Origin: Priapulus caudatus
Taxonomy: Eukaryota
Direction: 5' to 3'
Length of the DNA: 61,762 bases
NCBI RefSeq assembly: GCF_000485595.1
Contig: NW_014577076.1
Span: 1,104,647 to 1,166,408 of the forward strand
Position numbers and translations under genes: made by a program. The notes beneath the pieces are model-generated. The model was not told the DNA's origin. It saw nothing but the letters and a program-made list of their open reading frames with translations, and searched no databases. Numbering within the stretch: the stretch's first letter is position 1; each line of letters starts with the position of its first letter. Below are positions 13,588-25,573 of the stretch, piece after piece.

Positions 13588-16500
13588 TTCCTCCTCTTCT
13601 TCGTCTTCTTCTTCTTCTTCTTCTTCTTCTTCTTCTTCTTTTTCCCCATCATCTTCAATTTTGCGCTTCCTTTTCTAAGTGGTATATCTGTCTGACAGTG
13701 TACGTGCGGAAACCTGCGTTCCTGGTATTATCGCACTTCATGTTCCATGATCATCCAGTCTGATCATTTATCATCGGCAACGAGTGTTGAGCAGCAGGTG
13801 TCCTGTAGTCCACAATGTACGCATCTCTCATTCCTCTCATCCTACTTACTCAACCATAGCATTTAGAAAGGTGTTTTACACCCTACCTCCTAAATAACGG
13901 ATTCAAGCCAAGATTTCAAGTTATACATTCGTGCTAAGCCGCGTGTAAAGTGTGACAAAGACATCGCTCTCACAAATTAATTCAATACCAAAAATTTGTA
14001 AAACCTAACGATTCTAATGAGTTGCATTAATGCATAGGCGTGACGTAAGTGACTATGAATTATGACCCGGAAAGACTTCTATTCTGTCATTACAAGTGTG
14101 AAATTTTCTATCAAATCTTTAGACAACCTTCCCGAGGAATGTGAGGCGGGTCAGTTTTGGTGCTCGCAGGACAGGACGTGCATTCCCCACAGTTGGACAT
14201 GCGACAGAGTGCCGGACTGTACATCGGGAGAGGACGAAGTAGACACATTGTGTGGTGAGTATTTTTGGCAAGAGCACACAACTTCTACGTCTCATAACTT
14301 TGCACTCGAACAGTCGAGAATATTTATTTTGCTACGAACCGGATACGACACCCAGACAAGCATTGGTTTACGGGCAGCATCGGGTACACAACAGGGCTTT
14401 AGTAACCCTCTAGTAAGTAAATAGAAGATCGATGCAGCAGATTCGATAGATCCAATATGATGTAAACACATTTTGATAAATCATGTTGTAATAGGCTATT
14501 TTAAAATAGACTAAAATTTATTTTTCATAAAGGTGGAAAATAGAGGGAGCGCCAAAATTGATTTTGTGCCAAATAATAACTGACTGGAGTAATGAGTGTG
14601 TATATTTTCGCTCTTAGCGTGCACTGACGACCAGTTCCAGTGCAGTGCGGGTGGCTGCATTGGTCTGTCCGAGCGCTGCGATGGGCAGCCGAACTGTGAC
14701 GACGGGTCCGATGAATGGGGTTGTGTGAAGCTGCATCAATCCGGCATCGTGCAGGTGCTACACTCGGACGAACGCTTGTTGCCCGTGTGCAGCGATGGGT
14801 GGACACGCGACTGGGCACACACCGTCTGCCTACAGCTTGGATATAGGTTATTATAGCTATCATAACAGCCCACGAGATGATGCTGTAGGCAATTTCGGCT
14901 ATCGCATTCACAGTAAAACGAATGTAAACACATAATAAACGACCAAGAAAAATGAGTTAAACATCACTTTATTGTATTTTCTGAAAATTCATTTTCAAAG
15001 CTGAATGTATTCTCACAAATGCGAGTGCGTAATTGTTCCCTGCCTGCTCATGCACATTTTAGCGCCGCAATAGAATCAGAAGCGGTGCCCATCGAAGGAA
15101 CAAACAGCAGCTTCCGCGTACGACCAGAGAGCGATCCTTTCCTCACGTCAAACCTTGAATCGGCTGTTACGCTAAGGTACGTGTATGTATATTTCTCAAG
15201 GATTCTCAGCCTACTGGTGATTCTCAGCTACACAGTTGATTACGTCTCATTACTTTTTATACACTCAATGAACCGTTAATCATCTCGTGGTTCATCGCGT
15301 ATGTATGCTTCATAATATAACATATAACTTCGCTTGTTCATGGACAGCCAGCAGAGATCCCGGTGCAATGTATGTCAAAATCCCAATTATAATCTATCTC
15401 TCTCTCTCTCTCTNNNNNNNNNNNNNNNNNNNNNNCCTCCTTCAAGAGCAGGGGGGATGCATCCCCCTATCCCCCCGGGATTTACGCCCGTGTTAGTGAT
15501 TGCGGTGCGCTGCGCATAGCGTAGTGCAGCGCGTAGCGCTGCACGGAGCGGAGCGGGGACGCGGGGTGCTCGAGGGGGGTGTCCCCCCCTCGAGTTTGAA
15601 AGGAAAATAAAAATAACGCCTAAAAATACCGCATTTCATTGCACATTTTTCTGTATTATATCATATTTTACTTGTTGTTGTTTCATTAAAATCATTATGA
15701 TTTTGTCAGAAGAAAAATTTGTCATCATACATTCCTTGGGTACTCACATCATTTATTGGCTAATAAGGCCGACTTGAGTCTCTTGACAGTATCCTTCCCC
15801 ACCCCACCACCCCCACGATCCAGAATACCCAGCCAGAATACGGCCTGACGCGCTGACCCCGGGCAAAGCATGCTCTCTCAATATAACGCAACGGCATGCT
15901 GCCTGCATAGAATCAGGAGTAGACGGGGAGCAGAGTAATGTGTGCCAGAGTTCTGGATCATAAAATTTTATAGCTACAGGTGACCTGACCTCATCTGACC
16001 CTGGTCTCCGCTTATAGGGGCCTAGATTACACGTATATACATGATATATATGTACCGGCCAAAAGACGGTATAAATTATTGAAAGATTTTGGTTACGGAA
16101 AATTTATGGCCTAAAAAAAGTGCCGCGGCGGTCGCCGCGGCTGCCGCGGCAGTTCCGACGCCCTTGTATACAACATGTTATTCGACTTCCGCGCGACTGA
16201 CGGGCAATCGTGATTTGCGTTCGTGTCCGTGCAGCGGTAGCTGTGCATCGTACGCGCGAATCGCCTGCGAGCAGCACAGCTGCGGTGCCTTCACCGGACC
16301 GAGCCCGCGTCGGCGGCAGAAGCGGGTCGTCGGCGGACGTCAGGCGCTCGACGGTGAGCTGCCCCCCATCGCCATCATCTATCATCTGGAGACGCAGCAG
16401 ATCTGCGTCGGTACTATCATCTCGCCCGTGTGGCTTCTCACGTCTGCGCGCTGTATCTCCAAGATGTAAGTATAAACACGAGTCTGTAATTGAAGAGTGT

Positions 16501-18487
16501 ACGGCACACGGTGCGCGACTTTGTAGACATTTTTAGGTGCAGAAAATTTAACTAGTTAGTGACCCTGTAATGTGTCGCTTGTTGTTGTTGTTGTTGTTAT
16601 TATTATCGTTTGTTTCGATGTCGTTACGGAGTAATCGTCGTGATAGTACACGGCATAGAGCACAGAGAAGCTTTCGTTACGGCTCTATTGGGGAGGAAGT
16701 GAGAGTTTCTAGTACGGGTGGTAGGGTGGACGTCGCGTTGTCGCTATACATCGTTTATTTTTCTCAGTGACAAGAACCCAGGAGGCTATGCGGTGGCTGC
16801 CGGCGCGTCATTCCCAAATCCATCCAACCCGAACACACAGCTTAGAACCATCCACAGAATCATCACCAACGCCAGGGCGCATTACACGAGGTATGCGGCT
16901 AGACGAAGGCCACGTGTACGTTACGCGTGGATAGTGTTTTTGGCGTATCCAGCAATTCCTCGTATAATCCGAATTGCCCAAAACTAGTAATATCAAGCGA
17001 AGATAAAAGATATTCGATATGATGCAATTCCTCTCCTACGAATATATTTCAACGTTAAAAAGATTTGTCACTCTCTCGTGCGATTTTCAGATTTTTCCCC
17101 GACTATGACATCGCCATAATACAGCTGGCATTGCCGTTCAACCTCAACGAGTACATTCAGGCAGCCTGCCTGCCGAACGAACCCGCATCGCAAACTGACA
17201 CATGTCTGACTGCCGGATGGGGCTTCACCAATCCGGGAGGTAAGCGATGACTCCTCAATCGCCTCTCAAACTCGAGTTAATACAAATTCGTTAGTAGACT
17301 GGTTACTAGTAAATCACTTCTGTACGCCGGAATATATCCCGACAGAAGGCTTAGCGCAAAGTCGACGTTTAGCGAACGACATTGCCAACTCTGATCTTGC
17401 CAGCCGCTAGTAATGGCATGTCAACCATGATGATATTCTCCAGACGAGCAACATTGGCGTGTCATAGATGTATAACATGGTGTTTCAATATTGAGAGAAC
17501 GTCGTACATAGACCAGCTGAAGCAAAAATAACATCTGCGAATTAATTAAGACAGTATTCCGCATGCGTTGTTTACGGCAATACCGAAAATCGCGATCGCC
17601 GCCATCTTTGTTTCGCAGGAATTTCGGGCTCTTTCAACACGCACCTGAACTTCATGACGGTGCCCGTCGTCAGCAGCGACAGCTGTAACGAGACGAAGCA
17701 CTACAACGGCCACCTAACGGAGCGAACCGTGTGCGCTGGCTACCAACAGCAAGACAAGGCACTGTGCGATGTAAGAATACGCTTAGACATACGCGCGCAC
17801 GCACGCACGCACGCACGCACAACGCACCACCGTTTAACATCCAATATATATATATATATATCAAGAGCTAATAAATACCTAAAGATATTTAAAGGTACCT
17901 AAAGGTATTTATTAGCTCTTGATATATGTATATATATACATATATAATATAATATAATACGGTAAGGTGCCGCAATGATCGCCATGTTATTTAAGTTCAA
18001 CATAGTTAAAAGCAACATAGGTAATTAACATTCACATGCTTTTTAATTTTTTCATGATATTCTATATGCGTATGAATACGGTTATTTCTAGAACGAGGTT
18101 AGGCTCGCGGTTATGGTCATGTTACATGCTCATACATGTTCATGTTTGTGCGTCTATATTACACAGCAGTCGGTCCTATATAGTTACCCCCCCCCCACTT
18201 ATTGGTGCACAACTTACGGCTTGGGCATGGGAATCTTAAGCTCGTGCATTCTATGCACTTGTGACATTATTAATCACGACGAATGTGTGGAAGTAAGCGA
18301 CGCATGTGTTTCTCCACTGTAGCACGACGAAGGAGCGCCTCTGCTGTGTCAGGACTCGCCCGAGGCGCCGTGGCAAGTGAAGGGAGTGCTGAGCAGCCAG
18401 CACAAGTGCGGTCTCTCCCGACAGCCCTCCATCTACGCCGACGTCGCCAGCATGGCAACCTGGATTCGAAGCATCATCTACAGATAG
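290..18487 (+). CDS. Multi-exon mosaic extracellular protein, 5' part outside window: SEA + EGF + PTAE mucin repeat + 5 LDL-receptor class A + SRCR-like + catalytically inactive trypsin-like serine protease domain (corin/enteropeptidase/Nudel-like)
   Basis: Hand-spliced GT-AG exons in consistent phase: 290-360, 634-797 (SEA, ...VLHFSPGSVKARF...), 1217-1348 (EGF, NECKLNNGNCGHEC...CKCPPG), 1887-[artefact/gap]-12281 (mucin), 12470-12673, 12843-12983, 14123-14254, 14618-14846 (LDLa x5, then SRCR start), 15063-15176, 16235-16465 (RQKR|VVGG, LLTSARC), 16768-16890, 17091-17239 (DYDIAII, ACLP, GWG), 17619-17770 (VCAGY), 18323-18487 (HDEGAPLLC...WIRSIIYR*). The mucin exon is interrupted by low-quality sequence at ~2410-10559. 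Confidence 0.85.
1217..1348 (+). CDS. EGF-like domain exon (phase 1-1) of the mosaic gene
   Basis: YINECKLNNGNCGHECEWIFASNEHRCKCPPGEFLSDDLSSCL, six Cys in EGF spacing; acag acceptor, gtagg donor. Confidence 0.85.
1887..2410 (+). CDS. Start of the large Thr/Pro/Glu/Ala-rich mucin exon (frame lost to indel noise after ~2410)
   Basis: taag acceptor at 1883-1886, phase 1 matching the EGF exon; TTTKTTTSKP...(EPTA)n. Confidence 0.75.
2029..3425 (+). repeat. 12-bp coding tandem repeat GAACCAACAGCA (EPTA) and variants, increasingly noisy
   Basis: Directly visible repeated agaaccaacagc units; the same unit recurs at 10560-11410 and as reverse complement at ~3680-3975. Confidence 0.9.
2410..10549. 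other. Low-quality long-read gap fill: noisy duplicate of ~10560-16260, partly interleaved with an inverted copy of ~1560-3400 (probable assembly artefact)
   Basis: Indel-rich matches: 5161-5200~11861-11900; 6701-6735~12601-12630; 7230-7330~12900-13000; 8520-8660~14115-14255; 9030-9290~14618-14850; 9505-9760~15061-15300. Reverse-complement matches: 6585-6596~1869-1880; 7191-7218~1568-1596. Ends at a 10-N gap. Confidence 0.85.
10560..12281 (+). CDS. Distal part of the mucin exon: (EPTA/EATA/ESTA)n followed by a non-repetitive S/T/P-rich linker ending at the first LDLa cysteine
   Basis: Clean open frame after the N gap (ORF 10463-12307), ending ...ITVVCPP|gtaagt at 12281 in phase 1, joining the LDLa exon at 12470. 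Confidence 0.85.
12470..15176 (+). CDS. LDLa x5 and SRCR-like exons of the mosaic gene
   Basis: Five C..FxC....C.....CDG..DC.DGxDE..C type modules; then GIVQV...PVCSDGWTRDWAHTVCLQLGYS, typical of TMPRSS/corin SRCR domains. Confidence 0.88.
13130..13655. repeat. Compound trinucleotide microsatellite (CAT)n-(CTT)n-(CGT)n-(CTT)n in an intron
   Basis: Directly visible; noisy copy at ~7460-7890. Confidence 0.95.
16235..18487 (+). CDS. Trypsin-family serine protease homolog (pseudoprotease) exons
   Basis: VVGG start, LTSARC (for TAAHC), DYDIA, ACLP, GWG, CAGY, CDHDEGAPLLC (for CxGDSGGPLxC), PSIYADV...WI; stop TAG at 18485-18487. Confidence 0.88.
17862..17921. mobile_element. 60-bp MITE-like hairpin with CAAGAGC...GCTCTTG termini inserted in (TA)n
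   Basis: TIR CAAGAGCTAATAAATACCT / AGGTATTTATTAGCTCTTG, flanked by TA repeats on both sides. Confidence 0.65.
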
Positions 18488-19014
18488 AAGCCCTTTACAT
18501 GTCTAACGATACATAACAACAAGAAGACAGCAAAGAGGAAATGCCGTTTTCCGAATACCACGTTGATGCTAGTTCTATAGGGACTCATGAGAAAGGCTAC
18601 GCATACAGAATTATTTCACTATTGCACTGGAAGTACGTTTACGTAACATTACCAACCGCCTAAAACTAGTGTCAACAGGGTAAACACTATATATATATAT
18701 ATATTATATATAATTATATATATATGTAATACGGAAGATAGTTCTTCTGGTGGATGTACGGTTGATGACCGCGCGTTGAACGCGGTTGATGAACGCGCGT
18801 TGCTGACCGATCGCAATTCTCTGCACACGGGTTCAGCTCGTTGAAATGCGCAGCGAGTCGTGCCGCCGGCTCTATATATGTGACACGATAGAAGCAGAGG
18901 GCGGTCTCACCGTCGCAACCTGTTAGAATTAAAGTAACGAAGCAGCAGGTGCTTGGGACCAATGACCGGACGGTGCTTTACAGAGCATGCACGCCCCCCC
19001 CCCCGCCGCTCGTG

Positions 19015-19080
19015 TATGTGTGTGTGTGTGCGCGCGCGCGCGCGCGCGTGCGTGCGTGTGTGGTGTGTATCAGTGTGTAT

Positions 19081-19157
<77 letters not shown>

Positions 19158-19250
19158 NNNNNNNNNNTGCATGTGCGTGTGCGTGTGCGTTTGCGTGTGC
19201 GTGTGCGTGTGCGTGCGCCCGCGCGTGTCTGAGTGCATGCGTATGCGCAC
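19015..19250. repeat. (GT)n / (GC)n / (GTGC)n microsatellite spanning an N gap
   Basis: Directly visible; gap at 19158-19167. Confidence 0.95.
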
Positions 19251-21368
19251 GTTTCTCGTGTGAAACAGCGACGCGCGAAGACGTGTATCCTCGATGCGTT
19301 CACTGCATTTCATACAGCAAAACTAGGGCAGTACGATATCTGCATGATAATATGCTGAGTTGCACAGTTATATACATACATTCGCACGCACGCACAAACA
19401 CACGAACGTACAAACACACGCGCAGGCATGCACATATTACATTATTTTACATACGAACACGCGTAAATACATACGCAGAGCCCGTTACTAAAGGCAGCTG
19501 AACTTTCTATACAACGTTATTACTATTGCTATGCGAGCGCGTGCACTGCATGCTGAACAAAGTGTGATATCACTATCGTGAGTGTGTTCCTATGTGCCAT
19601 GACGGTAACGCTTAGCACTTGCTTACATTGCCGTCACCAATGATCCGTCGATACAAAACACTCAACTGCTGGAATACTCAGCACCGGGAAGAGGTCTCGA
19701 TAACTAGCAAAAGCTATATACAAATTAGCTCTTGGCCTTCATATAAAATAAAATGAAATCTATTTCGCGGTGTTACCTATTCCCTTGTATAAAGTTCGGA
19801 GGTGGCTCTTAAATACGGATGAGCATGCGTTGTACATAATAATACATATTTTCGTTATCCAAGATGTGTGTGCAGTCTATTACCTAACGTATTAGGTAAC
19901 AATACCTAATTGGTATAATACAATTATGTTACGATGTGGAATAGCTCTAGCTGTGTAGCCCTGTGATCCACAACTCGTGTATCCTGTTTTGGGTGGATTG
20001 TTTGCTCAGTTAGAGCTAGATTCAAAACGATAACGGACAAATATCCTTCATATGGATGGATACTTAATACTCATCTTTAACAAATACTCAATCCAAAATT
20101 TGTATAGCCTTTTATAAATTTTTGTGGGACTATAAAATAGCCATGAAATGTATCTAATGATATGTAAATGTCTAAAATTGGAACACGCAATTTATAAAAT
20201 AAATAACAAATGTATTGGGAAAATAATTCTACTAGAAACTCTACAGATAGCGTTCCCAGATGAGTTAGAATGATTTTTCATGAACACAGAGCATGAATTA
20301 GAGCACATGGATCATTACTTTTCACCTTCTGTCTCCCCCCCCCCCTGTCCTACGTTCCTTGCTCACTCTCGCTCGCTCCTTCTCTCTTACTGCCCCTATC
20401 TGTTTGTTCCTCTACCCCTCACACCAAACTCTATTTGTCTGCTGATAGGTCTTTCTCATGCATTCCACACTCCTCCACTTCCCCTCTCTCCACCGTAATT
20501 TTACCTAGCAATAAACACCGACAATTTTGTCAAACTGTTGGCATAATTATCGCACACTGAAATGCTATTCAAAAAGTAATTACAGCCAAGAACGTCTTAA
20601 AAATTGATGTCTATATTAGATATTCACATATACATAAACCTTTAACAGTCTAGTATGATGTAGAATAACTGTAATTTCAGGACGTAAACATACAATACAA
20701 TTTACATACATAAAATACCATAACATGTCCCACGCAAATGCTTGCTGATGGAATGTTGCTAATTAAAGTCATTCTTGCTGTTTCAAATTAATGCATGGAG
20801 TCCTAATATATTCATCATAAAAATTATATCTTGTTATTAAACATGCAACCGATTTTCGTTATAACACTGGTGTAGAATGATAACAATGTGCTATAAAGCT
20901 TGTGCAGTACAGATCACTCCCCATTCTAAGTCGACATGGAGAGCACTGTTTAAATGACCAGCTTTCCTCGTTATACATGTTTAGGAAATATAGTGCTGTA
21001 GTATTACTATTATAGGTCTTCCTGGCCAATAATGCAATAACGATATCAAATGAGGGCTACCTGGATTTTAACAGGTATCATTTTACCCGAAAACGTACAA
21101 GCTCCATTTAAATATTATATATAAAATATATAGATGATATTTGCTGAGTAAAAACTTGCTGTAAAATGTACTAGCACCTTTGTGTAGGTCAAACAGTAAC
21201 ATTCTATTACAATGATACGTATACTATAATATGAACTAAAAAATTTATACACACGATTAAGATTAGGCTTTTATAGCACCTAAGTAGGTAGACTGAGCAG
21301 TTGTAGAAATCAAGATTATATCACAGACTCTTACACTGAACTGATGGTCCCTCTGTTGTTTCACTGAC

Positions 21369-23359
21369 TCATAACAGACTACAACACTTTCTTTTGGTAG
21401 ACACGGATTTAGATTGCAAATCCACAGTGCCATCCCTGACACTGTGTTTAGTCCGCTTATTCATCTGATTATACTGATTCTTCTCAGATTCAGACAAAGG
21501 AAGGAAATATTCGAAAATAAATTCAAACAAGGCATTCACGTTCTCGCCTGTAATACTCGAAGTTTCATAGTAGGGTGGAGGCTTCTCCGGTTTCCATGTA
21601 GGATTTAGTTCACGGGCTAAAGCAATGGCAGTTTCACGATGAACCTGAAAAATATAATTGTATTTCAATCAATTACCCTAATATTTTCTGAACTAGTGAA
21701 CATGCCAGTATATCCTATAACACACAAAATCTGATGGCATGCCATGTTTTTGGCACACAAATCATACAGAAATAGATAAAAATAATTATAGGAATTACAT
21801 GGGTAATTTAGACTGGCCCACAATATAGCATGTATATTTTTAACACTAGTACAATGCTTACCTGAACATTAGTGAAAAACAATAAAGTAACCTCAAACAA
21901 GTAACAAATGATGTGTAAAACAATAATTGTACATGAATTAATGCACGCATAAGTGTTCTGTGCTGCACAACGTTGTGCATGTAATCCTGGGTGAATGAAT
22001 GTACATGCATCTGTGTATGTGCATGAGTGAGTACATGGTTTTACATGTGCATGTGTTCATTCACGTGGGAAAGTGTTTGCACACACCTGTCGATTAGACT
22101 CAAGCACAGCATCTACCTTGCATCCTACTATTACAATCAGGCAATTCTCCTCAGTATGGGAATTTACCAATGGTAGAAACCGTTTCCTGCAAACAACATA
22201 AATCATCACATCGAAATTATGATCAACAACAGACATATACCTGACACAATACCCCATCACACTTGTATATAACGGGTCACAATCACACAGGCATGCACCC
22301 AGTACAGAACAGATGCTTATGTCCCAGTTAAGGCCACGTAAGGATGGTACGTTTATCTCTAAAAATGTTTTGTGACCTCGTTACAATGCAGAATATGCTA
22401 AAAAGCTGTAAATCATCAGCTTGCTTTCAAGTATAGGATTGTTTTACAACATTCACTTGAGAAAAAGGAAGATTGTTCAATAGAAAACGCCCCATTTGAA
22501 CAAGGTCATGTCTCCCTTACCCAATTAAAATAAAGTGCACAAGAATTGTTTTTCAAATACATGTTGTTTAAGCGACATGCATGTTTATCAGAGCCCTGAT
22601 AAAGTGGGGACAACTGTATTAGCGTGAACATATGTATACAATATGCTATGCATCTATCTATGAATATATATCCATAAGTGCTCGTTAGAAAATGGTGTCT
22701 GTTTCATGTATGGCTCTTCCCACTGGATATTTACAGACCAGTACAAATTAGCTACCCAGATACTCATATATGATATTTTACTATGTATATTCGTTAATTA
22801 CTTTCACATATTTTGCATTCAAGTCATTGAAATTAGAAATATGAACTAAGGAAGAATGAATATCATGGTCGTAAAGGTAAAACTAATTTGTAAAAGTCTC
22901 CACGAATATCCACTATCATAGTTCTTACTCCAGCTGGTTGAATGTATCCTTCTGTGAAATGTCAAAGGCAAGAATTGCAGCTTTGGTTCCACGGCAGTAC
23001 AGTGCACTCAATGACATGAACCTCTCCTGCCCAGCTGTATCCTGATCAGACATACCACAGCTATTATTGTATATTTATTGCATTGTGGGAACAAGAGTTA
23101 CAAGGCTTCAGAAACAGCCTTTGAGGAAGCAAATCCTTGCCTTTGTAAAATGTAATGGGAATTCCAATTGTAAATAATATAATTCTACATTACTAGAATT
23201 GTGGCAGGTTTAAGTATGTAAACAGTATTTGCAAAATTCATAAATAAACTAGGAAATGTATATAGCTGGTCATCATATCACTTACGTATACAAGACAGCC
23301 TAGTATAATAAAGAGAAAATTTCTGATTTGACAACAATACATGCTAACACCAACAGCAC

Positions 23360-23395
<36 letters not shown>

Positions 23396-25335
23396 AGAGC
23401 ATATAAAGAAGGAGAGCGTATAACGGTGAAATGCTGAAACCATGTTGCAGTATTAGTCGAATTAATAAACTACCAGATTTTCACCGCTCAATATCTCAGC
23501 ATAGGGACATCGTGATTCGTAGGGACAAGCAGTTTGTTTTATATTAGCAAGGTAGGACAGCTGATCAATAATACCACAAAGAATCGTCAAAATAAAACGG
23601 GCAAAATTTCTTAATTCAACTAATACTGCAACATGGTTTCAGCATTTCACCGTTGTACGCTCTCCTTCTTTATACGCTCTTGTATATATATATATATATA
23701 TATATACAGTATTCGTTTTATATACACCCGTTTTATACTAATTGAGATGTACGCACACCCTTGAAAATGACTATGCAATCCCCACATTCCAAGACCAGCA
23801 GTCAGAAAATGCTACCAAATGCATGCAAGATCATATAAAGCATATGGATGGAATTGAAAAACAACGATTCAGCAAGGGAGTACAAACAGACTCTTGTAAG
23901 ACTTACCCAGATGGCAACATTGTGCGGTCCCCATCGCTTTAAGTAGAAAGAAGCCCAATAATCTGGAACATAGGAAAGCAATTTTTGGTGATTGATAACA
24001 TACTGCATTATATATAATACCCCATGAAAATTCTCTGTTACATATTTCAAAACTGTCAAAGATAAGCATTCTTTAGGGCTATACTAAAGTATGCCTCGTC
24101 CTATCACTATGTACATCATGTTATCCTACTGAATTAGCTTCCACAGATACAAAGATATTTGGATGTATACATTGAACTAGGTGTGTGTGCGATATACACA
24201 GCAATTGTACTCATGGGCAAAGTACAGAAGCATAGAAGCATACTAGGCTGCATAGCTAATATGGGTGATTACATAATAATAATTATTTAAAATCTTACTG
24301 GCTCCTCTTGTGGGTCGAACTTGCCTTCCTTATATCGTTTGATTAGCGAAGTCTTTCCAACATTAAATTCTCCTAGAATTATGACTTTCAGATTTCTGTA
24401 ATTATGAAAAAATTATACACTTATTGACACACAAATCTTACTAATGAACTTAAATAATAATTATTATTTAATTTTTTAAATATCAAACCAACTTCAAAAT
24501 AGCCATGTAAAAAGCCATACAGTGACGAATAACATTATCAATGAAAATTTGCAGTGAATCCTTTTACATTCTTAAAAACTACTGTCAAAAAGACTAGGCT
24601 TTATTGAGAAATGCGTACAATGATTCAAGACACAGTTTCACAAATAGCTGGTGTACTAATGAGAGGGAGATAATTACACACTTGTATAATCCACCTCTGT
24701 ACGCAGAACTTCTAGCACTTCTGCATACACACCTTACATATTTGCACCATGAAGCACACATGTATAATTCAGCTATAGTCACTGTCACTATATTATTAAA
24801 AACTATTATTATTAGTCACTATTAAAAAATATTGTCATAGGTTGACGATGTTGCCGGTGAATGCTTTGGTGTAATAGCTGTTGAAGGACTATCCTAAGAA
24901 CTGTAAATTTAGATCGGAGAATTGGACACAAATGTGGTGAAAGGCAAAGAGTAAAGAAAAAGATAAGAGAAATAAGGTAAAGATGTCATTATAGACAATA
25001 TATTTACCTTTACTTTAACAAACATTAGATGCTTGAACATGAATGTTGAGGTTAGTTAATGCTAGCACACAAAACTTCTTCCAAGGCTACTCAAAAGCTG
25101 ATAAGCAAACCCACAGTTGTACAAAGATTACAGAATAAATATATACTTTATTAGAGTAGTTGTCTAGATATAATAACAAATATACATCTTTTGGTGAAAA
25201 AAGTAACATAAATCAATTGCTCAATTGAGCCAATGTAAAAGATAGTGTCTGCAACAATGCTTGCTGGACAAGGAACGAGTTGTTATACAATCAAGCAGAA
25301 AAAACTTACGCTTTATTTTTTCTTTCTGCTTGCAT
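21369..25335 (-). CDS. RAB20: Ras-related small GTPase, Rab20-like (~222 aa, 6 coding exons)
   Basis: Exons (minus): 25335-25310 (MQAERKNKA), 24395-24299 (NLKVIILGEFNVGKTSLIKRY), 23962-23907 (xIGASFYLKRWGPHNVAIW; 1-bp short in this copy, intact at 30819-30763), 23041-22929 (DTAGQERFMSLSALYCRGTKAAILAFD), 22186-22087 (RFLPLV...CLIVIVGCKVD), 21644-21369 (YYETSSITGENV...KRKCCSLL*). FYLKxW..N..IWDTAG.E.F..L...YCRG and RFL.L match the Rab20 pattern. Confidence 0.88.
23394..23682. mobile_element. 289-bp MITE with ~72-bp terminal inverted repeats (CAAGAGC...GCTCTTG) inserted in (TA)n, in a Rab20 intron
   Basis: CAAGAGCATATAAAGAAGGAGAGCGTATAACGGTGAAATGCTGAAACCATGTTGCAGTATTAG vs CTAATACTGCAACATGGTTTCAGCATTTCACCGTTGTACGCTCTCCTTCTTTATACGCTCTTG; long TA runs on both flanks. 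Confidence 0.8.
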
Positions 25336-25573
25336 GTTTACTGCCTACCCTGGCATGCATCAGTAGGCCTTAAGGATCAGAAATAATGTAACTATATTAC
25401 AGGCAATCAACAACTGATAAATAAAAATGTTAATATTACAACACTGCGCCTCAGTAGCTCCTGTGACAGGACATATTGTGACTGGTAGATATTAGATGAA
25501 ATAGGTAAATATTAAGTCGATTTACATGCATCCTTGACCTAACTCTGCTATGTAGCCCTCGCTCCCACCAACA

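Noticed and set aside
13008..13763. His/Ser/Arg/Ile homopolymer ORFs (also 7341-7947)
   Set aside because: Translations of intronic trinucleotide microsatellites.
18949..19501. Cys-Val / Thr-His repeat ORFs (also 59363-59614)
   Set aside because: Translations of (GT)n microsatellites.
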